Positions 28,788 to 38,434 of a stretch of 54,769 bases of DNA are shown here, piece by piece (position 1 is the first letter of the stretch; each line of letters opens with the position of its first letter). The notes under the pieces were generated by a model that worked only from the letters and a program-made list of their open reading frames with translations, did no database searches and was not told the DNA's origin. Source of the DNA: Methanobacteriota archaeon (GTDB taxonomy: Archaea; Thermoplasmatota; Poseidoniia; Poseidoniales; Poseidoniaceae). A program made the translations under genes and the position numbers. The stretch is from NCBI GenBank assembly GCA_009937025.1, contig JAACDG010000070.1:1-54769 (forward strand), given 5' to 3'.

Positions 28788-31463
28788 AGTTGATGGGACA
28801 ACGGGAGCGGTGAACTGAACTGGAGCGTTCACGAGAGGAGGACTGTTCAGTGCATTGGATGGACTTCGACGACTCATCAGAGCAAAACCAACGAGCACCA
28901 TGAAAACAACTCCGAAGGCCACCAGAATAAATGTGGTAGGGAAGGACGAATCTTTCGAAGCAAGATGCCGTGAAGCATCCAGTGGGAAAGCGTCTGCTTC
29001 ATCTGACCAACCATCTCCGTCGCCATCAGGGCAACCGATGAGGTCTTGTTGAGAAGTCCCAGCGACTTCAGGACAATCATCACTCATATTCGTGCCGTTT
29101 TGGTCGGGATATCCGTCCTCATCGGAATCTGACCAAAATCGTTCATCGCTCGGGAAGATATCGAGATTATCATCCCAACCATCACCATCTGTATCAGGGC
29201 AGCCTAGACGTTGTTCACTTGAGAGACCAAAAAGTCCAGGGCAAGCATCGGGTAAATCGCCTGTTATTGAATCTCCATAACCATCTTGGTCAGCATCGAG
29301 GTGTTGAGTTGCGTCGTTTGGGAAAGCATCGATGGCATCTGACCATCCATCGCCATCTGTATCAAGACATCCAAAGACATCTTCTGATGAATTTCCTTCA
29401 ATCATTGGACAAGCATCGGGTTGAAATCCATCCGCAGCATCCCCGTAACCATCACCATCTTGGTCAGCATGCTGAGTGCTGTATGTAGTGAAGGCGTCAG
29501 CCCCTGAAGCCACAGTCCAATCCGCATCCGGATTAGACCAACCATCTCCATCTGAATCAATACAGCCAAGGCGGTCTTCTGTAGAGGTGCCTGGAACTGA
29601 TACACAGGAATCACCCTCAAATCCATTGATTTCATCTCCAAAACCATCACCATCAAGGTCGGACCATTGAGTTGCCTCGGCAGGGAATTCATCAACTAAA
29701 TCTGAATAACCGTCGTCATCCCAATCAGCGCAACCTATGAGGGTCCCTGCATCGCTGGTACCAGCATTTACTGGACAGTCATCAATACTGTCGGAAAAGC
29801 CATCATTGTCGTCATCAAGGTCTTCTGAGATATCTTCACAACCGTCTTGGTCGAGGTCATTGGTGGTGGAAGAAAAGAAAGAGGATGGGCTTGTTGGACA
29901 GAGGTCCATTTCGACGGATGAAATACTACAGAACCAAAACCCTTCAGATATTGATGCATCACAAATACGGTCGTTATCATCATCATAGTCTTCTCCAGAA
30001 TCTCTGCAACCATCGAAGTCATAATCGGAGGATGTGGTCGAAGTCCATCCAAGGTCGCCGGTCGCACAATAGTCTACAGAATCAAAAACACCGTCGTTAT
30101 CATCATCGGAGTCTTCGGTGAGGTCGGCACAACCGTCCGTATCATGGTCTGTTGCCGAAGAAGAAATCCAACTCAAATTACCAATATTACAGTCATCGGC
30201 AAGGTCAAGGATACCATCGTCGTCATCATCATCATCACACACATCTCCAAGTGCATCGCCATCGTAATTGGCTTGAGAAGGATTAGCGATCAATGGGCAA
30301 TTATCAACATCATCTCCAATTCCATCTCCATCTTCATCCATAAAGGGGTCGATTCGAACGACTTCATCTTGGCCATTATCGACGTAGTAGAGATGACCAT
30401 TTGGACCAATTTCAAGACCCATTATGGATGATGCTGTGGTTTGAATCGTATCGGCCACTGAAGCACTTTTTCCATCGGAATTCAGGTCATATGCAACGAT
30501 CTTTCCATTACCATTGAGGGAAACAAAGAGTTGGTCGCCATCAAGAGCGATTCCTGAAGGTCGGTTGAGCCCAGAGGCCAAAACACCCCATTCAATTCCA
30601 GTAATGCTTGAATATTCTTCAAGTGGTTCCAATCGTGATGAATCGCTCATGATGTCCTGAGTATTGTATGATGTATCATCGGTATTGACCCATAACACAC
30701 GGTTTGCTCCCGCATCTGCGATGTAAAGAATTCCTGAATCTTGGTCCAAAATCATGTGTCCGGGAACTCCAAAAGAATGTGTGAGCTGAACATCGACATA
30801 TCGACGAACAATTCCATCCGAGTGGTCGTCATAGCCTGTGTCATGGTCCATTTGGAAATCATAATACACGAGTTCCCCGTAATAGCCATCATTGTACCAA
30901 TATTTGTTGGCAGAGTCGTGAGCAATACCAACCCCATATGGAGATTCATGATTCATATCAATATGACTGCCAAGAAGACCATTGCCATTGTTTTGATTTT
31001 CCACCGCAAAGTGATTCAATGAAGATGGCCACAATGTTGGACCCATGAAATTGTTCGGCGCGCCTTGACCGCAAAATGTATTTCGCGTTTCTTGGGCAGA
31101 ACCCCATTGCCAATCGAATTCGGGATGATATGCCCCAAATGCAATTGAACTTACTTCTTCGAGGAAATGATTTCGATTCGAATCTTGACGATTCTGGGAA
31201 GTTTGGTTTTCAAGCCCTGTGTTTTGGACAATCGTTATGCTGTCTGTTGCTCGGTTAGCCACCCATAATTCGTTTGCTCGACCAGGATGGAATTCCAAAT
31301 CACGTGGGTCAGAAAGGGCATCGGAGGAGTCTGCTATGACCACTTCATCGAAGCCTACACCAAATTGAGATACAACCGGTGCATCTTTTGAAGCAAAGGC
31401 ATGTGAAGGAATAGAAAAAAGCAGAAGGCTTAGGAGAATTATGCCGATTTGCTTATTCATCAT
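28698..31463 (-). CDS. Surface protein: NHL-like beta-propeller, thrombospondin type 3 (Ca-binding) repeats, TM and GWT tail
   Basis: Signal peptide; PRDLEFHP, PSGIALDG, GLEIGPNG propeller blades; many DxDxDG...DxCP repeats; TM FILVAFGVVFMVLVGFALM. Confidence 0.85.
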   Translation of the reverse strand: MMNKQIGIILLSLLLFSIPSHAFASKDAPVVSQFGVGFDEVVIADSSDALSDPRDLEFHPGRANELWVANRATDSITIVQNTGLENQTSQNRQDSNRNHFLEEVSSIAFGAYHPEFDWQWGSAQETRNTFCGQGAPNNFMGPTLWPSSLNHFAVENQNNGNGLLGSHIDMNHESPYGVGIAHDSANKYWYNDGYYGELVYYDFQMDHDTGYDDHSDGIVRRYVDVQLTHSFGVPGHMILDQDSGILYIADAGANRVLWVNTDDTSYNTQDIMSDSSRLEPLEEYSSITGIEWGVLASGLNRPSGIALDGDQLFVSLNGNGKIVAYDLNSDGKSASVADTIQTTASSIMGLEIGPNGHLYYVDNGQDEVVRIDPFMDEDGDGIGDDVDNCPLIANPSQANYDGDALGDVCDDDDDDDGILDLADDCNIGNLSWISSSATDHDTDGCADLTEDSDDDNDGVFDSVDYCATGDLGWTSTTSSDYDFDGCRDSGEDYDDDNDRICDASISEGFWFCSISSVEMDLCPTSPSSFFSSTTNDLDQDGCEDISEDLDDDNDGFSDSIDDCPVNAGTSDAGTLIGCADWDDDGYSDLVDEFPAEATQWSDLDGDGFGDEINGFEGDSCVSVPGTSTEDRLGCIDSDGDGWSNPDADWTVASGADAFTTYSTQHADQDGDGYGDAADGFQPDACPMIEGNSSEDVFGCLDTDGDGWSDAIDAFPNDATQHLDADQDGYGDSITGDLPDACPGLFGLSSEQRLGCPDTDGDGWDDNLDIFPSDERFWSDSDEDGYPDQNGTNMSDDCPEVAGTSQQDLIGCPDGDGDGWSDEADAFPLDASRHLASKDSSFPTTFILVAFGVVFMVLVGFALMSRRSPSNALNSPPLVNAPVQFTAPVVPSTPPLPPEGLPAGWTMDQWAWYGEDYLKNRE

Positions 31464-31636
31464 GTCAATCCGAAAATGCACTGTGCTTTGATACCTTTCA
31501 TTATTAAATCTAAATGACATCAATAACAATCCTTCCAAAGAGACTACTTCCGACCCCATTCACATTGGAATTCTCGCTAATAATTGATTGAAAGTAGGGG
31601 ACGAAACTTTAACTAAAACTCTTCTCCGAAGTATAT

Positions 31637-32248
31637 ATGAAGTTATCAATGAAGATTTTTATTGTATCTTCAGCTCTTTCCTTTTTGCTCTCGAGTATAG
31701 GAATGGTATTACTTGTTTCATTCGCTTCTGAAGAAGAAAATATCGCAGTATCAGGCTCAGCACCTGGTGAACTCCGCTTTGAAGGTTCAACATTCCAATA
31801 TTATGACATCTATGCTGAGGATGCAGAGATTTCTATCGAGTTAGGCAATTTTAGTTACGACTCTCAATACACCTATGTCAAGATGTGCACTGTTGAGGAT
31901 GAACAAGTTCCTGCGTGTGGTTCGATGAAGGGCTCACAAACATTTGTAGGGACACTTACTGTGGGTGCAGGGGATAATGGAATTCTTGTATTGAACCTTG
32001 AAGGAAGTGGCGAAGTTAGTATTGTCGAAACTTCTGTCGGAAGTATTGCTGGAATAATGCTATTGCTTTGTGGGGGATTCTGTTTCTTCCCGCTTCTGGT
32101 CTTGATTTCAGCAATAAAGGCCTTCAGTGGTGATTCAGAGAAGCAAGTCGTTGCAGTTGAGCAAGATTCGGAAACCGAACAGTTGGAACCTGAGGATGAG
32201 GTTTCCGAATCACACAAAACCAATTTTCCGACAAATGCTCAAAAATGA
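31637..32248 (+). CDS. Hypothetical membrane protein (2 TM with a small extracellular domain)
   Basis: Hydrophobic N-terminal and C-proximal helices, beta-rich middle with a Cys pair, acidic tail. Confidence 0.7.
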   Translation: MKLSMKIFIVSSALSFLLSSIGMVLLVSFASEEENIAVSGSAPGELRFEGSTFQYYDIYAEDAEISIELGNFSYDSQYTYVKMCTVEDEQVPACGSMKGSQTFVGTLTVGAGDNGILVLNLEGSGEVSIVETSVGSIAGIMLLLCGGFCFFPLLVLISAIKAFSGDSEKQVVAVEQDSETEQLEPEDEVSESHKTNFPTNAQK

Positions 32249-32267
32249 ATGAACCATCAGTGAAACA

Positions 32268-33395
32268 TTAATTTCGACGCTCTTTAGCATCGTCTTTTAT
32301 TCGTTCAAGAAGGTCTTTAGGAGCGAGAACTTCTTTCAATTCTTGAAGAGATTTCTTTGATTTCTTATCGACCTTTTTCGGCATATGTAATTTGAGAAGA
32401 ACAATGACATCACCACGTCCGGAACCTCTGCTACGAGGCAATCCGCGCTTTTTGATTTCAATTGTGTCTCCCGAATTCGAATATGGAGGGATTTTGACAA
32501 TCAAGTCTTTGCCATCGATATGCTCGAGGTTCACACTTGACCCAAGTACCAAGTCGGAATAACCAAGAGGCAGAGACATGATTAAATCAGAATTCGAACG
32601 TTCGAACCATTGATGCTGGTCAACATCGATTTCGATGAAAAGGTCTCCATCCTCTCCTTTGCCATTTGGTGCTGGTTCACCTTTCCCACGCATGCGAAGA
32701 CGGGTTCCTGCTTCAGCACCTGCTGGAATATTGAATCGTAATGTAGATGTTTTGATTTCTTTTCCGTTGCCACGGCAAGGGCTGCACCGCTCAACAATTT
32801 GATGTCCTGTACCATCGCATGTTGGGCAATCACGAACGACATCTTGAACGAAGGGTCCAACTTGTCGCCTCATTCGAACTCGACCTTGCCCACTGCAATC
32901 ACCACAGTCAGAAATTGCTCCATCTTTGGCTCCAGTCCCTGCACAGAGAGTGCAAGCCACAGGTAATTCAACTTCCACTTCTTCAGTGCTTCCTCGGTAG
33001 ATTCTCTCTAAATCCACTGTATGGAACATCCGAATATCGCTGCCTCGGCGTCGAGAACGACGCCCTCCGCCACCACCACCGCCAAATATATTTGAAAAGA
33101 AATCCCCTCCAAGTATATCTTCAAGATTGATATTGAAGCCTCCGCCTCCAAATCCTCCGAACGGTGAACCTGAAGGTCCGCTGTGTCCAAATCGGTCGTA
33201 TTGAGCGCGCTTTTCGTCATCAGAAAGAACAGCATAGGCTTCTTGAATTTCCTTAAACATATCCTCAGCATTATCTTCTTCGCTTCGGTCGGGATGGTAC
33301 TTCCGGGCGAGGCTGCGGAACGCATTTTTCAGATCAGATGAAGTCGCATCTTTGGCGACACCTAAGACCTCATAATAATCCCGCTTTTCCGACAT
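32268..33395 (-). CDS. dnaJ: Chaperone DnaJ
   Basis: KRDYYEVLG, HPD motif, G/F-rich region, four CxxCxGxG repeats, C-terminal domain (GDLFI, GDVIV). Confidence 0.96.
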   Translation of the reverse strand: MSEKRDYYEVLGVAKDATSSDLKNAFRSLARKYHPDRSEEDNAEDMFKEIQEAYAVLSDDEKRAQYDRFGHSGPSGSPFGGFGGGGFNINLEDILGGDFFSNIFGGGGGGGRRSRRRGSDIRMFHTVDLERIYRGSTEEVEVELPVACTLCAGTGAKDGAISDCGDCSGQGRVRMRRQVGPFVQDVVRDCPTCDGTGHQIVERCSPCRGNGKEIKTSTLRFNIPAGAEAGTRLRMRGKGEPAPNGKGEDGDLFIEIDVDQHQWFERSNSDLIMSLPLGYSDLVLGSSVNLEHIDGKDLIVKIPPYSNSGDTIEIKKRGLPRSRGSGRGDVIVLLKLHMPKKVDKKSKKSLQELKEVLAPKDLLERIKDDAKERRN

Positions 33396-33462
33396 TGCAC
33401 TCACCGAACAAAACGAGGGGATTCAACGACCTCTTTGAACATCTCGCATGAAAACACTCTTC

Positions 33463-34440
33463 TCACGCATCAAGGCCGCATTGAAGACAAAATGGTTCAG
33501 ACTGAGGAATTGCGGCATTACAACCCCGACATAACGTGCCAGTTGGTGATTGAATCACTTCAGTTGGTTGTGTTGTTTCAAATTGAGGAACCGAAATCAT
33601 AGCCATGGATTCGATGCTTTCAGAAGAGTTTTCAGCAGGTGAATTCGAATCCCACGCATAGGTTTTGGCAATTTCGGATTGAGATTCAGTGGCAACAGCA
33701 ACTTCCGTTTCCGACATGACGGAGTCAATCCCACCATCATCACTCATCGAGGTGATTTTCAATTCAACATCATTACGGGGCGTCTCGGTTCTCATTGGAG
33801 CGACCGGTCGTTGAGCGATAACAGGGTCTGCATTTGCTGCAGCCCGTAGACTTGCTCGTCGCTTTTCTTCACGTCGTTCGACTGAATCTCCTCGGCCGAA
33901 TATTCGATTTATTGCATCGAGGAAGGAGTCCATCGGTGAGTTCTTTCGCGTCGCTCCAATGGTTGAATCAACAAATTCGTCATCAAAAGTTTCATCACCG
34001 GAAATCCTGCGATTCGCCTTACGGATGCGTTCTGATTCAAGCAGAAGGTCAACTTCGACTTTCTCATCTTCATCAAGTTCGAGTTCTGGTGATTCTTTAT
34101 CAAATGATGAAACCTGTTGCTGAAGGGCTCTTTCACCCTCTGGACTGAGATTACTGTCAAGAGGAACATTGGTTTGCCAAACTCCATCTTCTTCCGCCTG
34201 GTATACTTTTTTCATCGATTTCATTGCTTTCGAACGATGAAATTCATGGTCGCGAACAGTACGGGTTTTTCGAAACAAAACTACGCCGATTACCAAGCCA
34301 ATTCCATACCAGCCATACATGAGGTTCGGTTCAATCTCAAACATTTTTTTAAGTGGAGTAACTGTAAAATGTGTTACGCCCATGAGGAGTAAAGGCAAGA
34401 CTGCAACGCCTCGAGCAATTACAGTACGTTCTGATGCCAT
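33463..34440 (-). CDS. Membrane protein (2 N-terminal TM) with a charged cytoplasmic region and C-terminal zinc ribbon
   Basis: Two hydrophobic helices, E/R/S-rich region, CRGC...FCLQCG end. Confidence 0.75.
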   Translation of the reverse strand: MASERTVIARGVAVLPLLLMGVTHFTVTPLKKMFEIEPNLMYGWYGIGLVIGVVLFRKTRTVRDHEFHRSKAMKSMKKVYQAEEDGVWQTNVPLDSNLSPEGERALQQQVSSFDKESPELELDEDEKVEVDLLLESERIRKANRRISGDETFDDEFVDSTIGATRKNSPMDSFLDAINRIFGRGDSVERREEKRRASLRAAANADPVIAQRPVAPMRTETPRNDVELKITSMSDDGGIDSVMSETEVAVATESQSEIAKTYAWDSNSPAENSSESIESMAMISVPQFETTQPTEVIQSPTGTLCRGCNAAIPQSEPFCLQCGLDA

Positions 34441-34503
34441 AATACTCATCCCTCGCTCTAATCCGATACTCAAGTATGTTGTCATCCATTGTACGAATCA
34501 ATA

Positions 34504-35535
34504 TCATCGGTCTTTAGGTGCTCGACCTTTTCGGAGAAGTCCATCGATTAGCCCTATCGAAAAACTGGAATGAAGCATGAAGAGACAAAGCGGCACACCG
34601 GCAAGAGAGGATATGTGTTTTGAAAAAAGACTACATCGGACCCCTTCGAAGAGGAGTACTGCAGCATAACAACCCGGAAGGAGCAAAGCAAAGGTTGGTT
34701 GAAAAAAAGAAAATGCAAGTGTTGCTAACAATCCGAACCACGGCAAAAACTCTCTCCAACTGATTCGCTTGGGATGTTTTCTTAAAATTTTCATCCGCCA
34801 AAAACCATATCTATGGCCCATTTTCCACCACTTCATAAGACCCGAACGCTTTACCATATGCACCGAAGTAGCAGGTGTACGATGCAGTGCGAAACCCGCC
34901 TCAATAAGACGCATAGAAAGGTCGCTATCTTGACTCGTAATGTACGTTGTATCCCAACCACCTATCTGTTCCAATGCCGAACGGGAATGCATGGCAAAAG
35001 CAGGGGTATTTGTCGGCCCCGAAGCGGTGAAGTTGTCAAATTGCCCACTCCCACTTCCTAAAGGCGAGGAAAGTGTTCCTTCAATCCATGATTCGACCAT
35101 CCCATGGTCTCCTTTTCGGGGTTTGACGCGTGTTCCAACAGCTGCTAATGGAGCAGTTGATGAAGATTCAATACGTTTCCATTCCTCCATACGTATTTCT
35201 AAATGGTCTGCATCAACTGTCGAATGGCCAATCAGTTCCACGGTGAACTGGACCGAATCAGGAAGGAGTGAAAGTGCCAAATTCCGTGCGTCAGCAACAT
35301 ATTTTTGAGGGTTTGAATGCAACTCAATAACTGGTCCGTTAACCTTTTTACTTCGTTTAATGGCTTTGGATACTTCGACTTGAGTTGTATCGGTAGACCC
35401 ACCATCCAATACCAACACGATATGTTGTTCTGCTGGCAAAGTTTGAGCAATGAGCGAATCTAAACATTCCCCGATATGCGATGCTTCATTGAAGACCGGA
35501 ATAACCGATGCTATCAACGGCTGTCCATCACTCAT
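34504..35535 (-). CDS. Glycosyltransferase family 2 (ExoA-like)
   Basis: VIPVFNE..HIGECLDSL, VLDGGSTD, ARNLAL, GGWD....SQDSDLS.RL, C-terminal TM helices. Confidence 0.9.
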   Translation of the reverse strand: MSDGQPLIASVIPVFNEASHIGECLDSLIAQTLPAEQHIVLVLDGGSTDTTQVEVSKAIKRSKKVNGPVIELHSNPQKYVADARNLALSLLPDSVQFTVELIGHSTVDADHLEIRMEEWKRIESSSTAPLAAVGTRVKPRKGDHGMVESWIEGTLSSPLGSGSGQFDNFTASGPTNTPAFAMHSRSALEQIGGWDTTYITSQDSDLSMRLIEAGFALHRTPATSVHMVKRSGLMKWWKMGHRYGFWRMKILRKHPKRISWREFLPWFGLLATLAFSFFQPTFALLLPGCYAAVLLFEGVRCSLFSKHISSLAGVPLCLFMLHSSFSIGLIDGLLRKGRAPKDR

Positions 35536-35624
35536 AGTCTTGCCAACATGGCTTTGACTTTCACCTCTTCGCCCCTTTTCTCGAAGAAAGGCATGTTCAT
35601 GTGCAAGTGATGGCTGGCGAGTTC

Positions 35625-36140
35625 ATGCAAGAGCCTATGCTTCGCCTCAACGGTGTTAATGAAAACTTGCGTATCCTCATAGAAACGGTATTAGAAGGCG
35701 CAGACTCCCCACAAAAAGTAAAGGGAGCCCTCCTCGAGATTTTTCCTGAATTCCCTTTTGGAAAAGAATCCGCTGAACCCATGCTCGGAAAGGCGAGCAA
35801 TGAGACCTGGTCCGGTGAGAAGGTCTCCCTTGAGACCTTTCTGAAATTACTCCATGACCAAAGAATTCTCGATACAGCATTGGATGCAATGACGGTAAAT
35901 TTTGATGGCAAGAAAACTCAATTCAGTCTCCTACGACAAGCGGCCATTGTTGGGAAAGTTGCTTTCCCTTTGTCAAATGAACAACCACTTGGTGGAGTCA
36001 TAACCATCACCTTACAAGGTGAAAATCTCGCTGATTGGCTTGAAGCAGCGACATGGCATAAGGGACGAGATATCGCCCCACGTTCAATTAAGGATGAACA
36101 TTCAATGGACGAAGATGGTGAAGCAGTCACATGGTTGTAG
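35625..36140 (+). CDS. UPF0201/DUF54 (COG1931) putative RNA-binding protein
   Basis: DSPQKVKGALLEIFP, LHDQRILDTA, RQAAIVGKV, LGG.I.ITL pattern typical of this archaeal family. Start uncertain. Confidence 0.75.
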   Translation: MQEPMLRLNGVNENLRILIETVLEGADSPQKVKGALLEIFPEFPFGKESAEPMLGKASNETWSGEKVSLETFLKLLHDQRILDTALDAMTVNFDGKKTQFSLLRQAAIVGKVAFPLSNEQPLGGVITITLQGENLADWLEAATWHKGRDIAPRSIKDEHSMDEDGEAVTWL

Positions 36141-37173
36141 ACAGGTAATCTGTTTGTTTCATCCATTCGACAACTGCTCGGTCATTTCCGAGCCAATCAA
36201 TGGGCAATGACTCAGAGAGCGTCCTCCATGCAATTGCATCGTGTGCAGTCCACTCAGCCTTGTTCTCGAAATTTGGTTGTTCACCAAGAAATGATGTTGG
36301 TAAAATGTGAAGAGAAATGTCGATGTGTTCAAGTGCGTGGTACCAAGTTCCAACAGGATGTTTACACACAACATGCCATCCAAACTCTTCCTTCATCTCA
36401 CGCTCTAATGCCTGAATCATAGACTCATCACCCTCGATTTTCCCTCCAGGGAATTCCCATTTACCAGCATGGCTCTGATTCGGTGCGCGTCGAGCAACAA
36501 AGTAGTGTTCATTACGAGTTATGAGGGCGCCGGCAACAGATAGAACTGGCCTGAACATCATTCTTTGTAGGACTTCATGAACAAAAGAAAGAGCAGAGGG
36601 AAGGGGACAATTTTCATGCGAAGGAAGATGGAGGAAAAAACATGGAGTGGTCAACTCGTCATGTACTGCTGTTTCGGCAAGAGCCGAAAGGGTTCGATAC
36701 AGCGTTTCGTTGCAGAGGAAGGTTCCAGCGTCAGTTGAAATCTCACACTCAATTGGCCAAGTCCGCGTCATCCACGATTTTATCGGGGCTTTGACCGAAA
36801 GGTCTCCCTGCCCAGTGATTTCTTGTTCGAGGATTTGTCGACCGCTGTTGTCAGGTATTCGCATTTCAATTCGGTCTTGGGCACGTGTTTCCAATCTGGG
36901 TATCGTACAGGTTTCACACAACCCAACATGAAGAATTGCATCCCATTCTATCCCCTGCTGAATCGAGGTAGAAATTTCAACCGAACCTGGCTGATCGACT
37001 GTGAGAATACGTGTGTCGATTGAGGCATCAAGTGGTTCGACACTGTGCTCACGGATATCTGACCATGGGTCATTCAACAGAAGGCGGTCTGGTAATGCTT
37101 CAACCAGTTCGCTGGAAATATTCCGAAGATGCCCTCCAAACGGCTCAAAACCGGTCACCAATATCCGAACCAT
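36127..37173 (-). CDS. pcp: Pyroglutamyl-peptidase I (C15) fused to a MutT-like Nudix hydrolase
   Basis: ILVTGFEPFGG, LE.RA, IPDNSG, DAGTFLCN (Cys), FLHLP (His); then WEFPGGKIEGDESMIQALEREMKEEFG Nudix box. Confidence 0.88.
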   Translation of the reverse strand: MVRILVTGFEPFGGHLRNISSELVEALPDRLLLNDPWSDIREHSVEPLDASIDTRILTVDQPGSVEISTSIQQGIEWDAILHVGLCETCTIPRLETRAQDRIEMRIPDNSGRQILEQEITGQGDLSVKAPIKSWMTRTWPIECEISTDAGTFLCNETLYRTLSALAETAVHDELTTPCFFLHLPSHENCPLPSALSFVHEVLQRMMFRPVLSVAGALITRNEHYFVARRAPNQSHAGKWEFPGGKIEGDESMIQALEREMKEEFGWHVVCKHPVGTWYHALEHIDISLHILPTSFLGEQPNFENKAEWTAHDAIAWRTLSESLPIDWLGNDRAVVEWMKQTDYLSTTM

Positions 37174-37267
37174 GGTACTGCCTTGCCGAGGGGGTTTTTG
37201 ATACCCTTGCCGCTTGACCTCCCGTCATGTTGACAAATAAGGACCAACACGACAGTCTGCGGGGGGC

Positions 37268-37609
37268 ATGGAAATAGAATCTGAATTGACCGTTACTCTT
37301 CCCGCTGAAGAGAAGAGCGGGGTACTTGAATGGCGACCCATTCGATTAGTACGAGCTATCTGGAAAGAAATCACATTTGGAGTAGGGGCATGGGGAACAT
37401 TACGTCCGTTGATAACTGCACTTCTTGCTGCGGTTCCATTCCTTTTCCTTGGCCAACATTTTAATCGTCAACATCGCAGAGGATTTGACTGGACATTACT
37501 GCAAATACCCCTTGCCTTAACGGTCGTTCTTTGGGTGGGGTTGTGGGGCTATTCCATTTTTGATGCGTGGAAAGAAGCAACACAAAAAGTAGCTGCGCAA
37601 CAGGATTAA
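37268..37609 (+). CDS. Small membrane protein
   Basis: Two hydrophobic helices; LGQHFNRQ...WGYSIFDAWK pattern. Confidence 0.7.
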   Translation: MEIESELTVTLPAEEKSGVLEWRPIRLVRAIWKEITFGVGAWGTLRPLITALLAAVPFLFLGQHFNRQHRRGFDWTLLQIPLALTVVLWVGLWGYSIFDAWKEATQKVAAQQD

Positions 37610-38397
37610 GGCCGCCATAACTGGTCTGTACATGGAATTGAACCGTCTGCTAAACCTTGTAAATCCTGTTTATCATTAATGTCAAATTCAGTTGGTAAAT
37701 CATTGTCAAAGAAATTTGCGATGCTTGAAGATTCAACAGCCCAGTACATCACTGAATCTTCATTATTCGAATGGTGTGGATGTTCGCTGTCTTCATGGTC
37801 AACTGGTGAAGTATAGACTATATTCACCAAGCCCAAGAGATGTCCAATCTCATGAACAAGAACGCTGTTTTCGATTTTTTCTGCAGATGGCCTCCGAAAA
37901 ATATTCTCGGCATCGTCGATTGAATCTTTGAAGATCGAAACGGTTGATGCATCAACAGCCACACCAAGAACACTTGAATCCTCATATGTGCCTGCAGGGA
38001 ATATGGCTTGCCAATACAGTGTTGAACCTTCTCTTGGGTCATTCGCTTTTTCATCCCAACTCATCGTACGGACATCTTCAGAACTCCATACTGCATCGTT
38101 TTCGAAATTTGTTTCAGTGAACACAAAGTCAATGCCCTGAGGTTTATCGCAGACGGATTCCAATCGTTGTTTTAGCAAATCTGTCGAAGAAGTTTCAGGT
38201 CTGTATCCGGGTTCGTAATCGATTTCTACAACCATTGAGGTATAGGTTGAGTCATCAAGGCAAGCCAATGTCAAGCCGCCGGGAATTCCGTGATTTAATC
38301 CCAAATCCCCAAGGTCATCTACTCCCAAACAACCGGAAAGTGTAGGTGTAAGGAGGACTGTGATGATTGCTAAACAGACATGGACGCCTCTCTTCAT
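37606..38397 (-). CDS. Putative lipoprotein zinc metalloprotease (metzincin-like)
   Basis: Lipobox LSGC; HEIGHLLGL zinc motif; HPHHS and SVMY Met-turn. Confidence 0.8.
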   Translation of the reverse strand: MKRGVHVCLAIITVLLTPTLSGCLGVDDLGDLGLNHGIPGGLTLACLDDSTYTSMVVEIDYEPGYRPETSSTDLLKQRLESVCDKPQGIDFVFTETNFENDAVWSSEDVRTMSWDEKANDPREGSTLYWQAIFPAGTYEDSSVLGVAVDASTVSIFKDSIDDAENIFRRPSAEKIENSVLVHEIGHLLGLVNIVYTSPVDHEDSEHPHHSNNEDSVMYWAVESSSIANFFDNDLPTEFDINDKQDLQGLADGSIPCTDQLWRP

Positions 38398-38434
38398 GGT
38401 ATGCGGTAGAGGTGGTTATTTTCAAACCCACTGT

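Noticed and set aside
28850-30340. Recurrent CCATC/GTCATC-rich DNA suggesting a tandem repeat or CRISPR array
   Set aside because: Explained by Asp/Gly codons of TSP3 protein repeats; no identical repeat-spacer periodicity.
31464-32267. AT-richer stretch suggesting a horizontally acquired islet
   Set aside because: No integrase, transposase, tRNA or flanking repeats; a promoter region plus a hydrophobic gene explains the composition.
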